In this document: positions 12,050 to 22,805 of the stretch, in pieces
How positions within the stretch are numbered: position 1 is the stretch's first letter
Layout of the letters: every line of letters begins with the position of its first letter
Assembly: GCA_028534125.1 (NCBI GenBank)
Contig: CM052818.1
Coordinates: 36,706,001 to 36,770,000 of the forward strand
Origin: Lama glama
Lineage: Eukaryota
Length of the DNA stretch: 64,000 bases
Direction of reading: 5' to 3'
Made by a program: the position numbers and the translations under genes
Notes under the pieces: generated by a model
What the model saw: only the letters and a program-made list of their open reading frames with translations
What the model was told of the DNA's origin: nothing
Database searches by the model: none

Positions 12050-12955
12050 ATGAACAAGGCTGCCTGGAGTGAGGGAGAGAAGGAAGCAGAGGACATGAGT
12101 GTGCTCAGCGAGGGCACCTGCGGGATGGCTTCACTGGGTGAAGCTCCTGTGAGTGTGAAAGTCCAGGGCACGGTACACAGTGTCCTCTAGTGGAACAGCT
12201 CCCATTAGGTTGGAGACATTTGTGATGTCCTCCCAGGATGCAGGGCACACAGAGGGGTAAGGAGCCTGCCAGGTAGCCCTGAGACAGTCCCAGGATGGAG
12301 GTTGGGATGCCACATGGGGGTGCTCCTCAGCACCGATGGGGATCGGCATTCACCCTGAGTCACCTCGGAGCCTAGGTGTCTGTTAACGCCATCCTTGGCT
12401 TAGCCTCCACTTCCCCAACTAACCGGGTCCTCAGCTGTACCTCCCCTCAGCACCCCCCCCCCCTTGTTGGGGGTCACACACTGCAGTGCTGGCATCGGAT
12501 TTCGGTCCTGCTGGCTGTTCTGGTACCATGCTCTTGCTCATGTAGAGGATCCTCATCACACCACTGACAGGCAGAGAGCAGCCCTGCCTCTTTGCATCCG
12601 AGCAGTCCCCGCTTTGTAGCAGGATACACAGAGCCCTGTGACCTGGCCCCATTCCACAGGAAAGTGATAGTTCTTCCATTGGTCACCAGGGGCCAAAGTG
12701 GGCCATGGAAACTTCCTATCTTCTTGGGAACCAGTGGGAGTCCTGCACGTGAGGGAAACATACAACCCAGCACCCAGCCACGCGCTATGGCTGTCTGTGC
12801 AGTGAGTATTTATTGAAAGCCCTGGCAGGTGCTAGGTGGGGGAGGTGGAAGGGAATACAGAGAGAATCAGATGTGATTCTCATCCTCCAGGAACTGGCCA
12901 GGTGGCAGGGAAGCCCACCATGAGTTCAGTGGGAAGACCAGTATGGTCTGGTGAG

Positions 12956-13154
12956 CACAAGGGGTGTATCCCATCAGATACGCCTGGTGACATCACTCTC
13001 AAGGTCCTTCCCTATCCTAAAATACATGCTTCTCGAAGCTTGGGATGAGTAAGAGCCATGAGCCAGCTTGTGTCAGAGGTAGGGAATAGAAGACTCCAAA
13101 AGAAGGGCCATCAACCCACTGCCCTGGGTCTCTCCATCCCCTGCACCCCCGCCA
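12956..13154 (+). repeat. 199-bp local duplication, copy 2
   Basis: Direct copy of 11851-12049, offset by 1105 bp. Confidence 0.95.
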
Positions 13155-14129
13155 CACTCATACGTCTAAAACTTGAAGGAGTATTCTTAGAAAACTGACT
13201 TCTGTGAAGAGCAACTCCAGAATCTTTTCTCAGACACTTAACTCCACGTCTATCCCCACCAGGAGCTGAGAATGCCACGGTCACCAAATCCAAGCTCAGC
13301 TGTCTAGTTTTCCAACTCCCCTCCTCTGACCCGACAGCCACAGAAGCAAAGCACTTCCTAGTGTCAAGGACGACCTAGTGTCAAGTCAGTGGCGCTCTTA
13401 GGAATGTGCCAACAGCCCCACAACACTCAAGGTCAGGAGCCTATCTGCCCGTGCTGGCCACCCCTACTGGGCTGCTGGGAGGCAGCAGGCTGGATGCATG
13501 GGGATGATTCTTCTATTCCAGTGGCTGATTCAGGCCCAGCCTGGAGCCTCCTCCTACTTCCTGCTGACAACCATGACTGCCGGCAACTCGGGATCCCTTC
13601 AGTTTGTGCGAGGGCTCTGTGAGTGGAGGGCATCTCCAACCCTTCTGTCTCTGAGTCCAAAGAGAAAGCTCTCTGACCAGCAGATAATCCAGACATGGCA
13701 GGAACCTTGTCTGTCTGCTGCTGTGGCCCCTGCTGTGTGAGGAGGCTGGACCTCAGGCTGCAGGCTGGCCTCAGGCATAGGCCACGAGGCTCTGGGTCGG
13801 AGGGCACCAGGGCGTGGCATTGCTGAGAACATGGCACCTGAGCCGTGAGCTCCCCCAGCACCAGCCCTTGCAGGTATGCAGAGGTGGCTTTGCCCATGGG
13901 CTTCTAAGTGCTCAAGTGCCACCAGGCCAGGCCAGGCCAGGCCAGCTCAGTCTCAGCTGCCCTGCACCTCATGCCCCCCGGCCCCACCTTCATTCCAGCC
14001 CAGCTGGCTAATTCGTTTCACCAGACTTCTGCCCTCAGGAGGTAGGCTGTGTCCCCCCAAGTCTCCTGACTGCCTGGTCTTCGTAATCTAGGCTGGACAG
14101 CCCTGAATCAAAATTGTAGGGCAGAGCTC

Positions 14130-14600
14130 CCCAAATTTAATCCAAGGAAATCATCAAATGACTATGCACGCATACATACAGAAATGTTTGCTGTAGTATT
14201 ATCTGTAAGAGTGAAACAGTAAAAACACACTAAATGTTCATTATTAAGGCACTGGTTAAGTAAGTTCTGTAGCTTATTACGAGCATATGATATAAAGCCT
14301 TTAGAAATGCTATAGATTTGTATTTACTGACATAAAAAGGAGCCTGTGACATATCGTGAAGTCAAAATAGTGCATCACCGAGCAGTACGTATAGTGTGAG
14401 CCCATCTCTGTGTGTGCTCGCACGCTTGCATATACAAATAGGGAAGAAGCATAAAAAAGGACCCTTAAATGCTTATTTCTCAGGATTACAGTTATAAGTA
14501 ATTTATATAATTTTAGGTGTTATCTTTTAAAATATTTTTCCAATGAACAAGTCATATTTTAGTGATATTTAATAACAAGAAAAGTTAAATCACAAAAGAA
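14130..14600 (+). mobile_element. Old L1 (L1ME-like) 3' fragment
   Basis: aatgtttgctgtagtattatctgtaagagtgaaac...ctaaatgttcatt...gatttgtatttactgacat...tatagtgtgagccca. Confidence 0.7.
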
Positions 14601-15020
14601 GAAACTACAGTTTTTGAGGCATGTAAGGGTCACTCGGCTGCTGGGCGTCCCCATATCCGGCCTCCTGTGGGACCCCAGTCCCAGGTGAGCAAAGTGTGAC
14701 AGCCATGCTTATGGGTGGATTCCAGGTAGATCGGGGTCCAGATGGCTTAGCTTGCCTCAGGGTACCACTTAGTCCCTCCTCTATGGTAAAACTCTCACTG
14801 ACCAAAAGGGTGAGAGGACCTCACTTCCTCCAGGCAATCAGTGGTAGAGAAGATGCCCTTCTGATTTCCAGGGAGCTGACCTACCTTGCGCCGTCCGTCT
14901 CTGGCAAGCTCGGGATTCGTCCCCAGGATGCAGAATCCTTGATAGCCACCAACACTTAGCAGGGTGTGAGCATCACCAGGAGGCCAGGCCGTCTAGAGAG
15001 AGACAGGAGAGACAGGAGAT

Positions 15021-15039
15021 GGGTGGGGTGGGGTGGGGG
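15021..15039 (+). other. G-quadruplex-forming motif
   Basis: GGGTGGGGTGGGGTGGGGG: four G-tracts with 1-nt loops. Confidence 0.75.
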
Positions 15040-16257
15040 AAACGTATCATCTTTGTAGAAAGTTCTCTCTGGAATTCCAGTATCTGGGATGGTCCCCACT
15101 CTAAGGGGCAGCTAGTCCCTATCCTGGATTTCCAGGTGTAGGTGATGTCACACAGGGGGTCCCCAAACCCTGCCATGGCACCCCAAGATCACGGGGTCTG
15201 AGTGGGCAGCAGAGAGCCCCAAGGGGTAGACACCAGCTTTCGCTCCCCCATCCCCAAACACACAAAGCCCTCATCCCCAGAGTAGAGCCACTGACATTCA
15301 ATAAGAGAGAATAATGACATTCCCTTCCATCTAATCCAAACCAAGAAATTCCAAACATGGGGAAAAATAAGAAATTTAAGTCTTGAATCTAATGCTGAAA
15401 AGGGAACAGGACACAGACCTTAGAATTACAGAAACAAATCATTACTTCTTTTACGCAATGGACAAGAAGACCTTGAGGAGGCAAAGGATGGGCTCCTTGG
15501 AGAGAAGGTTTAAAAAAATATAGATTTAATACCTCGTAGAAAAAGGCTATCTATTATGGGGAGGCAGGGCTGTTCCTCGTTCCCTCTTTCAAATATAATA
15601 TATGTGAAAGCCATCTTCACGACAGGAAATGGCATCCTCTACTGCAAAAAATGCATGACTGTCATTACCTGCGAGTCAATATATTTTTCTAAACTGAATA
15701 TATCATTATCAATTGATTTTCCTTTTTCCTCGTAGCACTCCAGAGTCCCGGCTAGCAGGGGAAAGCTTTAATGTGATATGAAGGATGTGGACAGGTAAAT
15801 AAGTTATTGTAAACTAATCCCGCCCTAAGACGAGCTTCTCTCCGACGACACAACGGGTCTTTCTCGGAGCCTCTCAAACTCAAGCTTTCTCAGCTGCTGC
15901 TGACAGAGACACGTGGGCCATATCAAAGAGCCATTGTAAAGCTGGAGGTGGCAAAAATATTACTTTCCCCAAGGATAGAATGTTTCCTTTATGATTAAGA
16001 AATAACCTCTGTAGGGAAGCAAAGTAAGCCAAGGTCACCATGTAATTTTGACACAGAGCCAACGTCGTGAGTACATTTCCTCTGCCAAGCTTATGTGAAG
16101 CCCACAGATAAATCGATCCCCTTGGCCACAAAGTATTGACAGTACTGGTGATAATAAACGATCGATGTTTTTCTGGGAAAGATCCTTGACAGATACATGT
16201 TGGTGAAGGGAGAGGTCCAGTGTACAGCGGTCAGTCCATTTTTAGACCCTTGTGGAT

Positions 16258-16760
16258 CTCATTCATTCACCTACCTATTCATTCATTTATTCATTTGATA
16301 CATGTGTATGGAGTGCCTGCTACGTACCAGGCAGTGTTCTAGCCCTGGGAATCTGAGTGAACCAAACAGGGGGAAAAAATCCCTGCCCTCATGGAGCTCA
16401 TCTCCTAGGGGGTGGAAACAGAATAAACAGTAAACTCAAAGAATAAGTACGAATTGCAGAGTGTGTTAGAAGGGAGTACTAGTTACTAGGGAAGAAGCAG
16501 AGCAGAGGATGTGGGTGGCGGGCTGTGATGCACTTTAGCGAGGGTGGACGGGGTAACAAGCCTCACGGGAAGATGACACTCAAGCACACTTGAAGGTGAT
16601 GAGGGAGTGGGCTGTGCAGGTGTCGGGGAGCATGACTCCTGTGCTCCTGGGTCAGCAAGGACCCCACTGTGGCTGGACATGGGAGATTTTAGTAGGACTC
16701 TGAGCTAGAGAGGTGAGTATCCAGACTGGGCAGGGCCTTGCAGGCCACTGTACAGGCTAC
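16258..16760 (-). mobile_element. L2 (L2a-like) 3' region
   Basis: (ATTC)n tail, then gagtgcctgctacgtaccaggcagtgttctag...tccctgccctcatggagctcatc. Confidence 0.88.
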
Positions 16761-17059
16761 TAACCGAGAGTCCGAGCTCCTGGCCACCCAGCTTTAGGAG
16801 GAGCTCTCATTTTCTTGAGACAAGCCTCTCGGTTGCCAGTGTCAGGTTAGGCTGCTTCCCTTCTCTGCAACCCAGGTGACCCAACGCTCCAGGGCTGTCC
16901 AAACTGTTCTGATGCCAGTGGCCTCGTCCTTCCTCCTCTGTGGTCCCCAGAGGCCACCTCCAGAGGAGATAACTGAAACAAAGTTCTGAACAAAAATAAA
17001 AAGCCCACGCAAAGCCGCATTCTTCGGGACGGTTCCCTGACATGCTTATGAGAAGATCC

Positions 17060-17088
17060 TGACGTGAGCGGACACGTGTGACGTCACA
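17060..17088. promoter_or_regulatory. Half-CRE / E-box / full CRE cluster
   Basis: tgacgt (17060), CACGTG (17073-17078) and TGACGTCA (17079-17086) inside the 12-bp palindrome tgtgacgtcaca. Confidence 0.4.
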
Positions 17089-17554
17089 GCTGGGGATCTT
17101 CTGTTTGCTCCTCCAGGTCTGCTTCCCATCTGGTTCTGTGTCCTGGGAGGCTTACTTCATCTGCACGGAGGGCATCACTCCAGCTCTGAGACCCCGTGAC
17201 TTCTGGTTATGTTTAGGCAATGCAGACACCAGTGGGAGCCCGGGTGTGGGAGTGGGGCTGGGTGTTTATTCTCCCTTCCTCCTTGCAGTGCCTTGCACTG
17301 TCTTCATGGGATGGCTGTGACCCTCCACTGAAGGTCAGGGCTCTGGCTGGCGATGGGTAGGTGGAGGCTCCACATAGCTCCCTCTCTGCCTTCCAGGAAC
17401 AGCTCCCTCCCCCCACCCCATTATGAGCCCTGGGGTATTGCCCTGCCGTGGTCTCTTCCTACTGTGTCTACACCTTTGTGAATAGCCCTTTCGTTGAACT
17501 CTCTTCAAATTACACATTTGAATGTGTCTGCTCCTGTCAGGATCCTAACGAATA
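17088..17554 (+). mobile_element. ERVL solo LTR, LTR33-like
   Basis: ctgtttgctcctccagg...ctgtgtcctgggaggct...cacctttgtgaatagccctttcgttgaactctcttcaaattac matches the recalled LTR33 consensus. Confidence 0.8.
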
Positions 17555-17561
17555 TATTATC

Positions 17562-17700
17562 AGAGATGGTTAGAAGCAGGACTTTGGAATCAGCCATCTG
17601 AACTAGAATTCTAACATGGCTCTTGGTTTTGTGACACCAGCTAAATTATTTAATTTCTATGAACTTTCATTTTCCATTTTTAAAACTAGAGAGACTGGTA
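17562..17700 (+). mobile_element. MIR fragment
   Basis: ggttagaagcaggactttggaatcag...aaattatttaatttctatgaactttcattttcc. Confidence 0.65.
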
Positions 17701-19467
17701 CATAAGTACCATTCTCAGCATCAGCATCTCAGTATTGCCATCACCCACTCACAGTCCCAGGGCCGGTCACACCTCCTTCATGACATCTTCGCCCATCCCA
17801 ACCAGATGCTCCTCCCTTGAGGGGTTTCTAGCTGTTCTCAGCTCATATTCGGTATTAGCTCATGTCTCAGTAATTCCATTTCTTTCCTCTTCTTGCTCTT
17901 CTTCCTCCCACCCAACCTCTACTCCTTGCACTCAAATCCTGGGCATCCTGAGGACAGACATTATCTTAATATTCGAATCTCTGGCCTACGACATCCATCA
18001 CAGGGGGGTACACAATGGACCCTTCGTTCACTATCTTTTCTTCTTAGGAGGCCTAGAAGCTATATCCATGCACCTAAATTCATTCTACTCTAAGGAGATG
18101 CATGATATTTAAAGTGATTTTAAAATAAATGACTAGAAACTGATTTCTAGTAATAATTTGTTCCCAAGATAACACTGTAAAACCTTAAATTTCCCAAGAT
18201 CATGGCCTGGGAGAAATGAATCTCAGGGAAGAACCCAGGAAATCACAGAGAGGTAGGCATGGTTTTCCGTCTCCAGGGGAGATGAAGGTACCACCTCTGG
18301 ACTTGACCTTTGACAGTGCTGGTCAAACTGATCCTTTCTCTCCCACTTATCTCATCATCAAAGGGCAGCTTCCAGGCTTAAGAAAGGATGAGTCTCTAAA
18401 AGATGAGGGACTTTTTACTTTAGTTTAAAAAATACAGTAGGTAATAAGTCAATGCCTGTGAAATTGGTCTTAAGTCCTTTACCTTCTCAAGGCCCTGAAG
18501 AGATGCTAACTGAGTTTGACAGGGCATAAAGGCCAATATGAAATCAAGACCCATGAATGGGCTGTTTGGGTTAAATAACTGCCTAAATGCTGGGAGAGCC
18601 TCAAAATTAAACTCAAAGAAATTTTTGAGGCCCCCTTCCAACTCAAAGTCTGTAAATAAAGATGGTTCCTGACATGAGCCAAATTGATAGCCAAGAGAAT
18701 TATAAACAAGGGGCCCAGGATTTTTTTTTAACTTACTTATAAAAGATACCAACTTTTTGGAGAGAAACTGCCTTAAGAGAGGAGAAACCAATCAGGGAGT
18801 CTCCCGTTTGAGGCAGGATAAGAGAGCAGCCCTGCCTGGGTCTTGACCATGCTACACCAATTACGGCTCCAGTGCGTGGGTAGCTCACCACCCCACAGAC
18901 AACTGGGAAAGAGGATTCTAACTTCCTTGCGAGAAAAAAAGCAGAAGAACAGGAGGCTGTACACTATAGGGAGGAAACCAGCTCCCACACCCACAGTCCT
19001 GTCAGCCCAGGTGCAGGACCCCACTGCACACCAGGCACCGGCTGGGATGTCTGCTCTGTACGTATCCTGCAAGGGGAACTCTCATTCACACTCTCTTTCT
19101 TTTATGAGAGAAAAACAGGCCAGCCATTAATAATATCAACCATGGGTTCACCAAAGCCTGCAGGCATCTTGCCAACCCCCAAAATAAACACTCTCTCTGA
19201 GTGTTTATCCATCAGGTTCTCGACTGAGGGGTCCGGAAGGCACTGCTTTTACAACGGGAGATTGAAGATGTAAAGATGGCGCGCGGTCTGAGAGCCCACC
19301 CAGCACAACGCAGAGGCTTCCTCTTTCCATTAAGGAGCCAGAACTGGCCATTGATGAGATCCATTATGCATTCTCCAAGTAGGGAGGCACCGCCTGGCAA
19401 GCTTTTCTACGGGTGCGTGTTCTTCAAAGAAAGATAGGATCTTCAGAGACCATGACTTGTGATTGAG

Positions 19468-19690
19468 GGATAATAACAATACTTTCATAATGTTCGACGA
19501 TCACAAAGCTAGTCATTCACAGTTTCTCATCTGTCTTCTCTAACAAGTTTATGAATACGTTACTTTTAGTACTCCCATTTTACAGGTGAGGAAACTGAGG
19601 CTCACGGAAAATAAGAATTACCTGAAGTCACATAGCAAGTGAGGGAGGGAGGGAGCCAGACCTGGAACCCTAGACCTGTGCCTCCCAACC
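19468..19690 (-). mobile_element. MIR SINE
   Basis: cccattttacaggtgaggaaactgaggctca is a near-perfect reverse MIR core. Confidence 0.88.
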
Positions 19691-20913
19691 CACATCTTTG
19701 TTCTGAATTTCGGCCCCCTTGTTCCTGGGACCTCAAGCAACGAGAAGCTTGGAGCTGTCCTGTGTTTTCTCTGTAGTCACCACCCTGGGCTGAATAAACG
19801 CACAGGTGTCAGTGGGTGTCTGCACCCCAGTCAGGTCCTGGTGAGCCCAAACCAATCCTACAACCCAAATGGCTACCCCCCCAACCCCATCGCCCACTTC
19901 TCAGCAGCCTCCAGATGCCCCAGAGGTGGTCAGGTTCCGAAGTGACCCCCTCACCCTGAGCAGACCCTCCTACAGTAGAGAAGCTACAGGGGGCCCCCTA
20001 CACCTACCACAACACCTCTGTCAGCAGGAAGGCAGCTCACCTGGATTCTTCGTTACTATTACTCATTGTTTCCAATCTTTTTTTTTTTTGGTTTGTTTTT
20101 CATTTCACCACCTCCCCCTCAACAAGAGAAAAACTAAATTCAATTCTTTCCAATGAGAGAAATTCAATTCTAAGGAGTAAGATTCTGTCAGGTACGGTGG
20201 AGCTTTGGCACCACCACTGATATACTGACGATTTTTTGCACTTTCCGCACTTCAGTAATCAATTTTACCCCTGCCCAACTGAGATGCACGTGTTTGTGAT
20301 TGACTTTCCCCTACTTCTGCCACTGCTGGATCCTCATCTCAGGGCCTGGCACTCCCCCCCCACCCCCAGCACTGCTCGGAACAGTTCTCTCCAATCTCCA
20401 CTGCCTGGGGCGAGGCCTCCCCACCTCTCACCTGGGTCACAGCAACAGCCTCCCAGTGGCCCCGCTGGTGCTGGAGGAAATATGCTTAGTCCCAGAACTG
20501 GTCCCATCACTCCCGGACCAGAGGCTCTTCCCAGTGTCCTCCACTGCCCGGGTCTCCTGCCCCTAGACACCCCCAGCTCTCCTCCACTTCTGTGACCAGA
20601 CATGCACCTGCTCCCCTTTCCTGGACCTCCCCCCTTCACCCCTTCTCCTACTGAAAACTCCCCCCCAGAAGTTTTTCCTGCACTCTCTGGAGTACAGACC
20701 CTTCTGAGAAAAATCACTGGAGAGTATCAAGATAAGGGTACAGTGTCACCCAAGGAGGCTTCGTAATGGCCTGTCTCCTGGTCCCTCTCGGCTGGTCTGG
20801 GCAAGGAGAATGGGGAGATACGGACAACGGGGTGCCTGTGCCTGATCGCACCTTGAGCCATGCCATGGCAGAGCTCTGCCGGAAACCCAGACCCACACGT
20901 TTCAGAAAAAAAA

Positions 20914-20977
20914 GTCGTAAATCAACTCCGCCCACACAAAACATTATTGCAGGGCAGACCTCCCAGTAATTAAATTA
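20914..20977. promoter_or_regulatory. PBX-HOX composite site plus P3 homeodomain-dimer site
   Basis: gtcgtaaatca (TGATTTACGAC on the minus strand) at 20914-20924 and TAATtaaATTA at 20967-20977. Confidence 0.45.
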
Positions 20978-22662
20978 ACTAGGATCCCCCCATTTCAGCC
21001 CCACCACTCAGTGCACCCCTCCCTGAGTTAATAGGGATTTTCCTGTCACTGGATCCGGAACTGGGATGACCTTGCACTTCCGGAAGGTCGTTAGCTGGAG
21101 AGAAGGGCAGAGGCGCCCGCAGGCCTGTTACACGGACTCAGCCACAGTGGCATTAGGTGTGAGCCCAGCGTGTAGTAGCACCTGGCACGTAGTAGCTGCT
21201 CAGTAAAGCTCTGTTGATGGAAGGAAAACGCCTCTAAGACTCAACTCATTTTCTCCAATTTTGCTTCGAACATCTGGACGTTCACACCACAGCTTCATGA
21301 TTGGAATACAAACCAGTTTAAAAAAAAAAATCAGACATCGCTTCCAGATTTCGCTCTTATAAACAGGCCTGCATCCTCCCTTTAAATTGCAATAATTCCT
21401 TCCCAGATGTTGCTTCTCCTTTAGACCCATAAATTTAAGCTTTTCATGATGACGCTTCACATTTGCCTGGTGCCGTGGGCTCTTTGGAGTGTTTCTGCAT
21501 CTTCTCTCCTTCATTAGATGGCCGCGCGGACCCCAGGAGAGGCAGGACAGGCGCCGGCATCCCTAATTCACTGATGCGAAGGCCAGCTGCTGACGCTGCC
21601 GGGCGGGAGTGCGGTGGGTACAGTGCCCCCTCCTTCCCGGTGCCGAGACACACGGTACCCCCCTCTCCAGCACCTTCTAGGTCGCCGTGTGGGTGGGGCC
21701 GTCCCCCCCACCACGCTGCCGCTTACAACTCTGACTCAGATGTGGACAAGTCTCTCCCCTTGGTTCTTCCCACACTCCTGGGGCCAGGCTATAACATTTG
21801 AACAAGACTTATCTAGAGTCCTAGGGAGTAAAACAGAACAGCGGGCCAGGAGGTGAGTGAGAGCAGTGGAAAGAGGAAGTAGAATGCGGCCGGATAAGCT
21901 GGCTGCCCAGCTGTTCTCCAGGAGGGTCCACGGGCCTGGTCAGGCCCATCCTGGCTCCATGTGGCAGCCCCCATCTCCACATCCACCACACCGGAATTGA
22001 CACCCAGGTGAGAGCCCACCTCAAAGTCCGGACCCCACAAGCAGAGCCCAGAGAGACCGGGGCTTCCCTCTTCCCTCCCACCTTCTCTGCTCCAGGTTCT
22101 TATCTGAGGCCTGTCCCCTTCCTGGTGACTGACTCTGGGGCGTTTGCCTTGGTTCTTCAAGGGGGTATTTGACCTGTGCTCACAGCACACGAGAGGCCAA
22201 CCACATTGGCCCTTTATGGGGCCCACTGCTATACATGTCAGGGGGCTGGAGACAGCATGGGGACAGGAGAGGCAGCTACCAAACAAGGTCATGGTTCCGG
22301 CATCTGCCCATTGCCAGGTCTGGCCAACATCTTGGCTGTCAGGGTTCAGGGTGCCCTGGACTCCCCTGCCCCTTAGAGAGAAGGGATGGGGGAAAAGTGG
22401 CTTCACAGGGTAAAGCAAGGTAGGCTTTGAGACTCAGTGGGTTTTGGTCTCGGCGTGGAGCTGCAGAGAGGTTTGGGAATCCCTTCTCCCAAGTCTGAAC
22501 CCTGTAGCCTTGCTCATGGTCTACGCGGCACAATCAGAGCTTGGTGTTGATCAGGAGCATGGAAGATTTATCCTCTGAGAGGCCTAGGTCTAACCTGGGC
22601 CTAAATCTGTAAGGTTAATGGCAGAGTGATCACATTGCCAACCATCCACTCCACGCCCACCC

Positions 22663-22805
22663 CTGCCTCAGTCTCCTCCTCTGTAAAATGGGGATGATAT
22701 GACTGAACATCCATGGTTGCTCTGCGAGTTAACTGTCTGAGTGGAAGAAAGGCACTTGGCATAGCCCCATGGCACCTATAACTGGTGGCTGTAACATTAC
22801 TATTA
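22663..22805 (+). mobile_element. MIR fragment
   Basis: tgcctcagtctcctcctctgtaaaatggggatgata. Confidence 0.85.

Noticed and set aside
12326..12345. Additional RE1-like half-site (TCAGCACC); also at about 43504
   Set aside because: The right half-site GGACAG is absent at canonical spacing.
13357..13385. cctagtgtcaag repeated with a 5-bp spacer (array-like)
   Set aside because: Only two 12-bp copies; a micro-duplication, not a CRISPR or other array.
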